This document shows positions 27,970 to 37,618 of a stretch of 50,385 nucleotides of DNA, one piece after another. The stretch lies in the IMG/VR virus record IMGVR_UViG_3300005253_000363, positions 1-50,385 of that record, one strand, 5' to 3'. The notes under the pieces are model-generated. The model did no database searches. It was not told the origin of the DNA and saw nothing but the letters and a program-made list of their open reading frames with translations. Every line of letters begins with the position of its first letter. Within the stretch, counting starts at the first letter, position 1. Both the position numbers and the translations under genes were made by a program. The DNA is from a virus. Lineage: Duplodnaviria; Caudoviricetes.

Positions 27970-29826
27970 TTAAGAGGTTGGTTGAAGGGCTCCTTGAGGA
28001 TTCTGCTGATCTAGTTCATCAAGAGCGTTTGTTAGGAAACCCAACTCATTCATAGTGCTTTGATCTTGAATCTGAGCTGCTTGATCCAGTTCCTGCCCAA
28101 ATTCTATTATAAACGCTTTTGGGTCACGAATGGTATCCATTTGTCGAGCTATGCGTTCAACCAGTTCTCCAGCAGCCTTGGAAATCTTTAAAGCGATCTC
28201 TCTCATCGGAGCTGGTGTTTGGGAATTCGTGGCAACGGCTCCAAGCTGTGCTATCTTCTCCCAATACTGTAACATAATCTGAGATATCTGCAACAGTGAT
28301 TGTAAACGGGCTCCTGAAGATGTTCGCTCTGAGGTGGCTGTTAGCTCTATGATAACTGATTCATCGAAGTCTTCTCGTTTGAGCATGTCGATAACCAGTT
28401 GACCTCTTTTACCCAGAACATTATTGATGTGATCCATAACATCTTGCTTGCCTGACTTGATCTGTTCTTGATATCTGAAAGCTCCCTGTTTTATAGAGTT
28501 TGCAAGACCAAAGCGCATGGAATCAAAAGGCGCGACAAAGCGGCTATTCTGTTGAGCAAATCCAAGCTGGGCAGTAGTGGCTGGAGTACGAGATGAGAGG
28601 ATTCCACTGGGACGGGCGGAGGTCATTTCGTTGATGCCGACTAACTCTTTTGCCATACTCAGTGAAAGCATCTCAGCTTGAGGAGCGGAATTATAGATCT
28701 CTCCCATTTGCTCTCCTTGGAGATCCTCTGGATTCTGCATTGTAATTTGTTTGCCGGGATAAATCTTCATATTCTCCGGGATTCCGGCTCCGCGCTTGAC
28801 TTTCCAGAGACGAGTATTTGCCAGAAGCATATTGAGATTCCGGTAGTTGTGGATATCGGAGATTTCCTGCTGAAAGGGTCCAAGCTTCTCCATCATTCCC
28901 ATGCCATAACCGAGGAATGCTCTTTTCTGGTAGCTCATTAATTCTATTGGTTTGCGGTCATAGGGATTATATCTGAGTTTCAGGATTTTCTGGGAATGCC
29001 GATCAAAGGTGACTAAGAGTTCTTCCTCGAAGCCATCATTGTCTATATCGTAGTCCACATAACAGTCAAAGACTTCGTAGATTTCCCCGGTTCGATTATG
29101 ATGCGTGTTTCCAAGAGCTTCTCGTTTGGTTCTGACCCAGCCGACTGCTGAAGCCGGAGTTGCGAATTCAGTCTTCCAACCAAAGGTTTTACGATTGAAT
29201 TCCAAGTCCCACTCGGTTAGATAAGAACGCAACCAGAGCCGAGGCATGTTCTGGACTGCTTGAAAGGAACCTGCCGGAAGAACTACATCTTCGATGGGCC
29301 AAGGCATGACTTGGGGATGGGAGCTGATGATTTTGTGGACTTTGGTTTTCTTTCGATCTGTGATCCAGGGAGTGAATAAGGCTCCTGTTCCGAGTTGGAC
29401 CACATCCATGAATGCGTGTTCTGCGGCATTTCGGATATCCATCTCTTGACGGACGGACCAGTTTAAAAAGTCCTCTACAGCTTTCTTGTGTTCTATAAAT
29501 TCTCCGCGTCCGGGGGAGAGGGCTACTGAGACTAATGGAGCCGTGTTGAATACCGTCTGAAGAGAGATGGAATAGAAGATATCCACTCCCAGCATTCCAA
29601 CCGGGATTTCTATGTTGGGAGCGTTTTCGACTGGAACATTTCGGACTTTTTGTCTGGGTTGAGCATCGTATTGACGGAGGGCTTCCCGCCAAGCTACCTC
29701 TTGCCGCCAACGGGCTGAGAGGTCGTCTTCTAGGTTGTGACTAAGAAATCTCTCCAGCTCCTGAATAGCTTCAGCACTTGGTTGGAGCTTCTCGATTTCT
29801 GGGTGTGTGATTATGAGTTTAGGCAA
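27970..29826 (-). CDS. Portal protein
   Basis: About 620 aa; VQLGTG, GYGMGM, TATTAQ-like and Gln-rich C-terminus typical of P22/T7-type portals; start taken as TTG at 29826. Confidence 0.85.
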   Translation of the reverse strand: MPKLIITHPEIEKLQPSAEAIQELERFLSHNLEDDLSARWRQEVAWREALRQYDAQPRQKVRNVPVENAPNIEIPVGMLGVDIFYSISLQTVFNTAPLVSVALSPGRGEFIEHKKAVEDFLNWSVRQEMDIRNAAEHAFMDVVQLGTGALFTPWITDRKKTKVHKIISSHPQVMPWPIEDVVLPAGSFQAVQNMPRLWLRSYLTEWDLEFNRKTFGWKTEFATPASAVGWVRTKREALGNTHHNRTGEIYEVFDCYVDYDIDNDGFEEELLVTFDRHSQKILKLRYNPYDRKPIELMSYQKRAFLGYGMGMMEKLGPFQQEISDIHNYRNLNMLLANTRLWKVKRGAGIPENMKIYPGKQITMQNPEDLQGEQMGEIYNSAPQAEMLSLSMAKELVGINEMTSARPSGILSSRTPATTAQLGFAQQNSRFVAPFDSMRFGLANSIKQGAFRYQEQIKSGKQDVMDHINNVLGKRGQLVIDMLKREDFDESVIIELTATSERTSSGARLQSLLQISQIMLQYWEKIAQLGAVATNSQTPAPMREIALKISKAAGELVERIARQMDTIRDPKAFIIEFGQELDQAAQIQDQSTMNELGFLTNALDELDQQNPQGALQPTS

Positions 29827-30541
29827 GAGTAGCTGTACCTCCCATAAAATGCCATGCTGCATTGGTGAAGAGAAGACTTGCTGAATCTCCTACATCATCA
29901 AAGGTTATAGTTGAGCCGTTTCCGAGATTATCTGGAGTAAGTGTTCCAACTCCACCATCAGTTTTCATGACAATAAACTTTTGCTGATCTGCTACACCAT
30001 CTACCAGAGTAAGAGCATCTGCTCCTGTTGTTACAATATGGGTGATTCTTGAAACGATGTCAACCGCTCCCGGACCTGTGAGAACTTGAATGATACTTGC
30101 TATTACCACTGGATAAGTGATTCGAGCATCCTCAACTGCTGTGATCGAACCACTGGCTGTAGTGACTTTCATTAGGAGAGCTGAATCTGTTGGAACAGTA
30201 GGAGTAGTTGCTGATCCGGTATTCCTGAAGAGGTAATGGGTTCCAGACTCGCGGGTCCAATTGGTGACGACTGAAGTTGTGTCCTTGTGGCAAATGACCC
30301 ATACATGAGTTGCGTCGTCTGGGTAGGTTATGGAGCCTGTTTCTGTAATGAAGTGACCTCCGGGGTAGGCTGTCAAAGAGGTCGGAGTGTGGGTGAGACT
30401 TCCAGCAGTTGCTCCAAGGCCACCAGAGACTATGAAGCCCGTGAACATATCTTTGAAACGATCTGCGTCCTCTTCGGAGAGGAAAGTGGAGAGATCGTTC
30501 TCGAATGCTGGACCTGCTGTTGGGAGTGGGTTAATTGTCAT
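29819..30541 (-). CDS. Short tail fibre / virion protein (paralog of 30546 gene N-terminus)
   Basis: Shares EEDADRF, ETG.I.Y and SGTHYLF blocks with the neighbouring gene. Confidence 0.6.
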   Translation of the reverse strand: MTINPLPTAGPAFENDLSTFLSEEDADRFKDMFTGFIVSGGLGATAGSLTHTPTSLTAYPGGHFITETGSITYPDDATHVWVICHKDTTSVVTNWTRESGTHYLFRNTGSATTPTVPTDSALLMKVTTASGSITAVEDARITYPVVIASIIQVLTGPGAVDIVSRITHIVTTGADALTLVDGVADQQKFIVMKTDGGVGTLTPDNLGNGSTITFDDVGDSASLLFTNAAWHFMGGTATLA

Positions 30542-30545
30542 AATT

Positions 30546-32168
30546 TTACTCGATTGGGGTTATTATCATATAACCGTCTGCTCCATCACCACCAACAGTA
30601 GGGGCGCTACTGCTACCGCCACCACCACCGCTTCCTAATAGAGTAGCATCATTACCGTTTCCACTAGCTGCACCGAGGCCACCATTAAATTCAACCCATT
30701 CTTCAGGAGCAGAACCACCATTACCCCCAGTTCCACTACCACCGGCAGTACCTGCATGAGCAACAGGGATAGTTATATCAGTGCCTGTAGTTGAACTACC
30801 CGTACCCGCTGCCCCACCAGCTCCTGCGGGATTTGCGGTAGCACCACCGGAGCCTCCCTTTGCCGTAACTAAAGAACCAAATGTGGTGTCGCCACCAGCA
30901 TTCCCAGGAGATCCTGTGCCCCCACCACTCGTCCCTCCAGCACCAATCGTAACAGTCTCAGAACCACCCGGAGTTACAGTAACAACCGCTTTAATAATCT
31001 GCGCTCCGCCTCCCCCACCCCCTGTATTAGCACCGGAAGTACCTCCACCACCTTGCCCTCCTGCGGCTACAGCTATAACAAACACTGACGCAATTCTATC
31101 GGGTACAGTATAAGTACCACTGGCTGTAAATACTTCGGTTCTGCCGCCAATGGCTTGAGTCGTTCTAAGCGGAGTCATACGCTTTGTGTTATTTGTACCA
31201 GTCTCTGCCTCTGATTGTGAGGCAATTGGAATTAAATCTTGAGTGATAACTTTTCGTGTTTTAACCCCGGTTGCGGAATCGTCATGAACAATTACTGTAT
31301 CGGCAGTTTCATCCACAACTCCTGTAATTGTCGCTGTCCCGTTAATATCAAGGACAGTCCCATTAGAATCTATTGCGACTACGCCATTAGCAACTGTGTT
31401 GACTCGAAGTTTCCCCCCAGTGAATTCCATCCCAGAAGTGGTTGCCAAGTCTATATCGAGCAGTAAGTCTTCATCCCCAAAAGCATTCTGGACAGTTTCT
31501 TTAAGGCCAGCTCCTGCTGTGATCTTGTCTTCAATGAATCCCGGAGTCGTGTCATTTGTGCTGACTACGCTTAAAGCATCTGCATCAATTGTAATTTCTT
31601 CATTGGCTCCTGGATTGGTTTCGGTCAGAGTGATTCCACCACCAGCCGTTAATTTAGCTAGAAGAGTATTCGCTGTAGTGTCATCTGAAGAAACCTTTAC
31701 CTTGAATACATCCTCCTGAACTGCAAATGCTGAAAGGTTTCTGAGGTCGGTGACTGTGGTGATTGATCCACCGGAAGTGACTACATCCATTAGAATGAGT
31801 CCTCCGGCAGGGACTGAAGGCTGAACTGCTGCAACTGGATCGAAGAGATAATGAGTACCAGATACCCGAACCCAATCTCCCCCAACAACTGTAGTAGTGT
31901 CCTTGAAGATGATTACCCAATGATGGGCTGTATTATCGTTGTAGACAATTGTTCCAGTTTCGTTGACGAAGAAGCCTTGAGGGAAGGCTATGGTGTCTCC
32001 GGGATCTCCTGTGAGAGAGCCGCCTGTACCGTGGAGACCATTCTGGACTACAAAGGGATTTAGAATCAGATCGAATCTATCTGCGTCTTCTTCACGCAGA
32101 AAGTTTTGGAGAACAGCAAGAAATGAAGCCCCTGCTACTGGAATTGTGTTAATTGTAGAAGTGACCAT
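30546..32168 (-). CDS. Tail fibre with C-terminal glycine-rich domain
   Basis: ASQSEAETGT...MTPLR repeat, FTASGTYTVP and GGGGG tracts. Confidence 0.75.
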   Translation of the reverse strand: MVTSTINTIPVAGASFLAVLQNFLREEDADRFDLILNPFVVQNGLHGTGGSLTGDPGDTIAFPQGFFVNETGTIVYNDNTAHHWVIIFKDTTTVVGGDWVRVSGTHYLFDPVAAVQPSVPAGGLILMDVVTSGGSITTVTDLRNLSAFAVQEDVFKVKVSSDDTTANTLLAKLTAGGGITLTETNPGANEEITIDADALSVVSTNDTTPGFIEDKITAGAGLKETVQNAFGDEDLLLDIDLATTSGMEFTGGKLRVNTVANGVVAIDSNGTVLDINGTATITGVVDETADTVIVHDDSATGVKTRKVITQDLIPIASQSEAETGTNNTKRMTPLRTTQAIGGRTEVFTASGTYTVPDRIASVFVIAVAAGGQGGGGTSGANTGGGGGGAQIIKAVVTVTPGGSETVTIGAGGTSGGGTGSPGNAGGDTTFGSLVTAKGGSGGATANPAGAGGAAGTGSSTTGTDITIPVAHAGTAGGSGTGGNGGSAPEEWVEFNGGLGAASGNGNDATLLGSGGGGGSSSAPTVGGDGADGYMIITPIE

Positions 32169-32485
32169 TACTGATTATTCCATTCATCGACTTGGATTTC
32201 GTGCAGATCAATCACATGATTGAGTATTACAATATGTTTCGTGATCGTAAGAAATTCGTCCTGACTGAGACAACTTTTGGAATCAGAAGAGTGGTCCCAT
32301 AGGATTGCAGAGCGGCACTCATACTTCCCGTCTATCCAGTCACAAGTCTCAGGAAACTTTGAAGGCCTCTCAAACTTATCTAGCTTTGGGAGGCTTGTCG
32401 TTCCACATCCGAGTAGCACGCTCAAAGTCAGAAGCAGCAGACAGATTCTTTTTATGCTCCAGTTCTTTTTTAGTGACGGCTTCAT
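32168..32485 (-). CDS. o-spanin-like lipoprotein (Rz1-like)
   Basis: Lipobox VLLG-C; overlaps the upstream TM gene in another frame. Confidence 0.6.
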   Translation of the reverse strand: MKPSLKKNWSIKRICLLLLTLSVLLGCGTTSLPKLDKFERPSKFPETCDWIDGKYECRSAILWDHSSDSKSCLSQDEFLTITKHIVILNHVIDLHEIQVDEWNNQ

Positions 32486-32618
32486 CGACTCTTTCCTTTA
32501 TTTTATTGGCTTGAACGAGTTTATCCACCTTTTTACTGGACATTCTCCAACTGCTTACTTTCCAGATTACAAGCACTAAGAAGACTATGAATCCGATTAT
32601 AAGATAGATACCACTCAT
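32376..32618 (-). CDS. i-spanin-like protein (Rz-like)
   Basis: N-terminal TM followed by a helical periplasmic part. Confidence 0.55.
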   Translation of the reverse strand: MSGIYLIIGFIVFLVLVIWKVSSWRMSSKKVDKLVQANKIKERVDEAVTKKELEHKKNLSAASDFERATRMWNDKPPKAR

Positions 32619-32710
32619 TTCTTTTTTGCCTTCTTGTAGTCTCGATACATTAAATAAATCACGAGCACAAATGGAGAGCACAGGGCCATAAACAGGAGGA
32701 GAAAATCCAA
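32615..32710 (-). CDS. 31-aa single-TM peptide
   Basis: TTG start; MDFLLLFMALCSPFVLVIYLMYRDYKKAKKK*; ATGA overlap with the i-spanin. Confidence 0.4.
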   Translation of the reverse strand: MDFLLLFMALCSPFVLVIYLMYRDYKKAKKK

Positions 32711-32711
32711 C

Positions 32712-32855
32712 CTACTGCACTACTGGTGCTACTGGTACTTCCGGTACGATACCGAGAAGACTCGTTAAAAAGTCCGGCATTCCAACACCGAAAGCCATCA
32801 AAGCTGCAACGATAGCGATAACTACTCCCATAATTGCTTTAGTTTTCTTTTCCAT
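32712..32855 (-). CDS. 47-aa membrane protein, holin candidate
   Basis: MEKKTKAIMGVVIAIVAALMAFG...; lies in the lysis cluster. Confidence 0.45.
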   Translation of the reverse strand: MEKKTKAIMGVVIAIVAALMAFGVGMPDFLTSLLGIVPEVPVAPVVQ

Positions 32856-33220
32856 TATGTTCCACCTCCTAATCCTTGAATGTTTGCGGTTGATCCTGAA
32901 GTATTTTCCAGTGATGCGTTTGATGTTCCTGCACCTGCGTCGATATCTACATCTAAAAGGAGGAGAAGACCACCGGCGTTGAGGACTATACCTGCATCAG
33001 TTTGACCGTCTAATCTGACGGTGACTTGCTGGTCGGATTCAAGGAGGAGTGCTTGAATCTCATCAAGCTGATCGAGGGGTATCGCAGTAAAGCCTGCTCC
33101 GGTAGCCTTCTCATATTTGAATTGCTGGTTCTCATCCACTTCGAGTCTACGGATTTTTGGGTATCCGGGAAGACTGCGGGAATCCAGTTCAACATTGACT
33201 GTGACCTTGAACGTAGACAT
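32855..33220 (-). CDS. Virion-associated beta-rich protein
   Basis: Composition and position. Confidence 0.55.
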   Translation of the reverse strand: MSTFKVTVNVELDSRSLPGYPKIRRLEVDENQQFKYEKATGAGFTAIPLDQLDEIQALLLESDQQVTVRLDGQTDAGIVLNAGGLLLLLDVDIDAGAGTSNASLENTSGSTANIQGLGGGT

Positions 33221-33354
33221 TAGCGTTTCCTTGTCAGTCGAACTGGTTGACCGCTACGAGAAGGCTTGACTACATTGGTCGGTCGTGTCGGTGGATTGAA
33301 TTCACTTGATGGTGTTCTGGGCGGTTTGTTGACCAGCCCTTTTTTGATTGCCAT
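33220..33354 (-). CDS. 44-aa basic Pro-rich peptide
   Basis: AGGAG RBS; MAIKKGLVNKPPRTP...RKR*. Confidence 0.5.
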   Translation of the reverse strand: MAIKKGLVNKPPRTPSSEFNPPTRPTNVVKPSRSGQPVRLTRKR

Positions 33355-33388
33355 GGTTTTCTCCTATGCCATTGTAGTTAATATCCTA

Positions 33389-33955
33389 TCAAGTTACAGC
33401 TTCATATCCAATTGTGAGAGAAACATCAACTGACCCCGCCGATCGTTCAATTATCATAGCTAAATCACCATTCCCTGAGGGATAACTGGTTGCTCCATCT
33501 GGCCCCTCTAAATTAACATCTGTTTGGAATAAGGTACTATCAGCCATTATAGGACCAAAATGATGATCTGCCTCACAATCAAATCCATGAGAGCCGAAAT
33601 TTATCACTTCTACTAATAAATCAGACTTTCTAGCCATATCAATATCTATAATTTGATGAAAGTCGCCATTAGTTGCATCAACATTGGAGAGAAACCCAAG
33701 TTTCACTTCACCAAGATATGAACTGTCAGGATCAACCTCAAGGATCATATATTCAAGATTTATATGCCCTGTCAGAGAATGAGGCCAGTTTATTATGTCA
33801 GACAAATCAATCAGCATGAAGGCAGTCTGAGTGATAATAGCCTGCGTATCCAGATGGATGGTGTGAGTTTCAGTGAATCCACTCGCTATATACTGAGATG
33901 TCTTACCATCTTTTGTTATTAAATCTCCGCCTGATCTTTGGTTCCAAAATGGCAT
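33389..33955 (-). CDS. Acidic beta-rich protein, probably virion or receptor module
   Basis: ORF with GGGAG RBS. Confidence 0.55.
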   Translation of the reverse strand: MPFWNQRSGGDLITKDGKTSQYIASGFTETHTIHLDTQAIITQTAFMLIDLSDIINWPHSLTGHINLEYMILEVDPDSSYLGEVKLGFLSNVDATNGDFHQIIDIDMARKSDLLVEVINFGSHGFDCEADHHFGPIMADSTLFQTDVNLEGPDGATSYPSGNGDLAMIIERSAGSVDVSLTIGYEAVT

Positions 33956-33993
33956 AATTAATTATCTCCCACTTTCTTTGGTGTCAATAGCCA

Positions 33994-35319
33994 TTATATA
34001 TCCGTCCAAGTTGTGCCGAACCTTGCGGCGAGGACATTGCCAATATAGTTTATTGCGGCGTCTGAAAAGTTGGAGTTATAAGCAAGAAGATAAGCCACCT
34101 TTCTGTTCCCCCAGTTTGCACCATTAAATCTGGAAAACAAAGTTATTCCATCCCACGGATTAGCACCAATCGTCCCGGCAGGAATCGTAGGCACGCCATC
34201 TTCCCATGAATTAGACGACGCTCCATTAAACAGGTATGCGCTAACATGAGCGTTTAAATCAATCAATGAAAGAGCTTGCGAAGTACCGGCAAATATCTCC
34301 TGATTAGGACCTCCCGAACCATCAAAGATAGCATGCCTTTTTGCGGCGTTAGTGTGACCATCAAATAAATAATCGCTTGCAGCAACATTAGAAACAGTTT
34401 TATGGACTATAAAAACTAAATTCGGTTGCGCCTTGTCTCCGCCTGAAAATAATGCGCTTTTTAAAGACTCACTAACACCATCTGCCTCAACACTTGGATT
34501 CCCATTAAAATCGGAATCACTCACATTCCAGTCAGGCTGATCCACCGCCGTTGCCTGTGGTACGTTGTTACCATCACCGGACTGATCGGCCCAATTGGTA
34601 ACTTGTGCCGGAGAAGCCCCAGTGGTGCCGACTTTTACATCGTCAGTGCGTTGGAGAACACTTGCTTGCGAGCTAGCAAGATTACCCCCGACTTCGATAT
34701 GGTCTCCATCCTCCGCATTATTATCGACAGTCTGTTCATCCAGCACCTTTATAGTGTCGATCCAAATTTCACATATTCCATCATTTGAACTGGTCGTCGT
34801 TGCTTGTTTATAATGCAAAGTTATTTTATATTTTTTCCCTAAAACAGGAACGGGAGAACTTAATGTTGCATCATTTGCTCCCGCATCGTCAGCATAACCT
34901 GCTGCAAATTTTATTCCGCTCGACTCAACAAGATAAATTTCTACCCTTATACCGCTAAGGCTATGTAACGCAAATACTCCAGCCGAATGAGTAGCACCAA
35001 AACTAAAAGAATCAAAACTAATAATAGCTTCAGCCCATAATTCTGTTTGAGCGGCAAAAGTTTTAACTGAATAAGCGTCCACCCCAGCAACAGTATTAGA
35101 AACTATTTTACCATTGACAACACTGGAATCACCAAACTCAGTCCAACCCGGATCAACTGTAAAGTCCTCGTCAATCAGGTCAGCACCGGAGCCGTTGAAG
35201 GTTAATCCCTTCTTAGCATCTAGTAAGATAAACGGACGCGCTCCTCCCATAATAGGCGCATATGGGAAGGGGTGTAATACCCCCTTCACAGGATCATATT
35301 CTATTGACCAAGGAGACAT
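33994..35319 (-). CDS. Receptor-binding protein with two LamG/ConA-like jelly-roll domains
   Basis: WADQSGDGN...Q...QP...DGV motif, EIWID, LAARFG end. Confidence 0.6.
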   Translation of the reverse strand: MSPWSIEYDPVKGVLHPFPYAPIMGGARPFILLDAKKGLTFNGSGADLIDEDFTVDPGWTEFGDSSVVNGKIVSNTVAGVDAYSVKTFAAQTELWAEAIISFDSFSFGATHSAGVFALHSLSGIRVEIYLVESSGIKFAAGYADDAGANDATLSSPVPVLGKKYKITLHYKQATTTSSNDGICEIWIDTIKVLDEQTVDNNAEDGDHIEVGGNLASSQASVLQRTDDVKVGTTGASPAQVTNWADQSGDGNNVPQATAVDQPDWNVSDSDFNGNPSVEADGVSESLKSALFSGGDKAQPNLVFIVHKTVSNVAASDYLFDGHTNAAKRHAIFDGSGGPNQEIFAGTSQALSLIDLNAHVSAYLFNGASSNSWEDGVPTIPAGTIGANPWDGITLFSRFNGANWGNRKVAYLLAYNSNFSDAAINYIGNVLAARFGTTWTDI

Positions 35320-35321
35320 AA

Positions 35322-35711
35322 TTAACTTCCACCACTATTCATTGTAAGAATAGTATTCGCTCCAGCGGCCCTTGCAGCTCTTATCCTTAGCCCATAGAAT
35401 CCCTTGGGATATAAAAGGAGCCATCCAGTAGCTGCATCCGCCAATATTGTAAGATCACCACTAGCCCCAATGAGAATACCCGCAGGACTCGTGAAGTCAG
35501 CTGCCGCATTGAACAACACCTCAAAAGTGCCGTTCACAACAACCTGACCAGCAACCTCAAACTGATCCAGCACATTTCCGGCGTTAGCAAGTTGTATTGA
35601 TAGTGAATCTCTATCACCGGTCATAATCGTATCAATAACTGTTAGAGTTTCATCAGATAGAGTAACAGCAACCTGGGTTCTATCCCTGTGAAACCTCATA
35701 AGTGCTACCAT
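35322..35711 (-). CDS. Beta-sandwich virion protein
   Basis: SIQLAN...GLRIRA pattern; AGGAG RBS. Confidence 0.55.
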   Translation of the reverse strand: MVALMRFHRDRTQVAVTLSDETLTVIDTIMTGDRDSLSIQLANAGNVLDQFEVAGQVVVNGTFEVLFNAAADFTSPAGILIGASGDLTILADAATGWLLLYPKGFYGLRIRAARAAGANTILTMNSGGS

Positions 35712-35818
35712 TATTCTTCTCCTATATTCTTTTCTTATATTAATGTTTCATGAATTACAGAATAGGTCTCCGTCATAGACCATGCCATCCGGATCACCGT
35801 AATAGATTCTCCAACGCA

Positions 35819-37114
35819 TCAGGTAACAGCAGCAGCAGCGATAATCGAAGCACCGTCTTCTGCCGGAGCCCAGATGCAATAGTAGTCGATTTGACCTCCA
35901 GTAACATTGGCAGTTAGTGGAGTCTCGATGATGTCAAGACTGTCATTAATGGCAAAGAGTCCTGTGTTTGAGATTGCTGCAACACCAACAGCTTGAGTAG
36001 CACTGACGTAGACATTGCCATCGTCAATCTCAGTTGCAGTTTCTAATGCAATGAGTCCTGCCGTTCTGCCGACGACTCCAACTGAAATCGTTGCTGAGGC
36101 TCCAGTAAGGTCTGTATTACAGATGCCCCAGATAGCCTCAATGATAACATCTCCGGTTACAGTGAAGATCGTGTATGGGTCATTGGTCCCAGCGAGGTCT
36201 CCATGAGAGTTGGTAGTACCTCCATCAAAGACACTTGAACGGTGAACTGTAATTTGCCAGTTGAGTGTAGAGCCGGAAGCTGCAACAAAGAGTTGGTTAG
36301 CGTGTGCTTGATCGTCTTCGTAACTGAAGGTATTATCTCGAATGATTCCATTAGAGCCGACTAAATTGCTGATGCCACGAGCAGTCGCAGAGCCGTTCCA
36401 CATCCTGTTGTCGCGGATTTCTACACTATCCGAAGCAACTCCAGTCATTCTAATACAACCGTTTGTGAAATCACCTATAAATCGATTTCCAATAATTTGA
36501 ACTTCATCAGCACTATTTAAATTAATACCAGTAGCCGTTCCAGCAACTCCGTTCTCAGTGATAAATCGACAATTGAGCACTGCTGCTCTATCCACAGTAG
36601 CAATATTCATTATCGTAACAAAGTCGAAAGCGGTAGTAGAAAAGTCAAACTCGCAGTTAACGAGGGAACAGTCGGCTGCGTCTACGTTAATACCGACTAC
36701 GACTGCTGAGATTCCGGCGACGAACACTATGTTTTCGAGAGTGCAGTTTGCAGCATCCATTTCAACGGTGCTGCCAGTTGCCGTGTAAGTGAGCACTGGA
36801 CGGGAACGACCCCAGCCCATTCCGATGATACGGACTCCAGCTACATCCATGACCAGAGAGGTGGCTGTCGAGATGTTTTCAGCATGTCCCGGCATAACGA
36901 AGATTACATCTCCGTTGTTTGCCGTACAGCGGCCTACTGCGAAGTCGATAGTTGAAAACGGGGTGTCTGGGGCTGAACCTTTGTCTGGGGTGTCGCCACG
37001 AGCGGTATTACCGGAATCTACAAAGAATATGTTACCTGTGGTTGTAAGGTCACTGGACCCTACCATTGGAATTCCAAACGATGTAATCCCATTCGGGAAA
37101 TTGGTGAGCGTCAT
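35819..37114 (-). CDS. Tailspike-like parallel beta-helix (pectin lyase fold) protein
   Basis: FFVDSG, PFSTIDFA, GDVIFVMPGH and repeated IxxNxF rungs. Confidence 0.75.
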   Translation of the reverse strand: MTLTNFPNGITSFGIPMVGSSDLTTTGNIFFVDSGNTARGDTPDKGSAPDTPFSTIDFAVGRCTANNGDVIFVMPGHAENISTATSLVMDVAGVRIIGMGWGRSRPVLTYTATGSTVEMDAANCTLENIVFVAGISAVVVGINVDAADCSLVNCEFDFSTTAFDFVTIMNIATVDRAAVLNCRFITENGVAGTATGINLNSADEVQIIGNRFIGDFTNGCIRMTGVASDSVEIRDNRMWNGSATARGISNLVGSNGIIRDNTFSYEDDQAHANQLFVAASGSTLNWQITVHRSSVFDGGTTNSHGDLAGTNDPYTIFTVTGDVIIEAIWGICNTDLTGASATISVGVVGRTAGLIALETATEIDDGNVYVSATQAVGVAAISNTGLFAINDSLDIIETPLTANVTGGQIDYYCIWAPAEDGASIIAAAAVT

Positions 37115-37226
37115 GAGGTGCTCCTGGTGTTGGGACGCAAATGCGCCTGATAGTATTTAACCTATCTTTACCCAAGGAGTAAAGAGGCTGGATTTTGAAA
37201 AGGATATGAGAAGGAAGGGAAGGATG

Positions 37227-37388
37227 TTACTTTTGTTTGGTGCCTTGAGTGGAACGGTTGATACCGCCACCTTTTCGGGGATTGGTCTTGAGGCCTTTCT
37301 TGCGCGTGATGATTGGACCTCCTCCAGACTGTCCCATTGAGAATTGATTCTTTTCTCTGAAATTCGATGCTTTCGGTGTTGCAGTCAT
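37227..37388 (-). CDS. 53-aa basic Gly-rich peptide
   Basis: AGGAG RBS; MTATPKASNF...TKQK*. Confidence 0.5.
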   Translation of the reverse strand: MTATPKASNFREKNQFSMGQSGGGPIITRKKGLKTNPRKGGGINRSTQGTKQK

Positions 37389-37399
37389 AAGATATCTCC

Positions 37400-37618
37400 T
37401 TATTGTTTATCCTGTTTAGTATCTATTCTTTTGTGAATCCTGTCAAGTCTGGTATCCAGTTCTGTACGGGTCGGTCGTTCTGCCACCATCTCTGTAAGGT
37501 GTTCATGACCTTTCTGAAGTCCTGTGATAGAAGGCTTTATCTCCGTTTGGAGATATTGCATAACATTCATTCCATTGCCATTTCCTAAGACTTTTCTCAG
37601 GAATTTCAGCCAGTTCAT
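37400..37618 (-). CDS. Hypothetical coiled-coil protein
   Basis: RBS GGAGG; coupled to TerL-C. Confidence 0.55.
   Translation of the reverse strand: MNWLKFLRKVLGNGNGMNVMQYLQTEIKPSITGLQKGHEHLTEMVAERPTRTELDTRLDRIHKRIDTKQDKQ

Noticed and set aside
32376-32855. TAG readthrough or recoding fusing the 47-aa TM ORF in frame to the i-spanin
   Set aside because: The fusion is in frame, but a better TM ORF occupies the interval in another frame, and long genes are not interrupted by TAG, so the standard code fits
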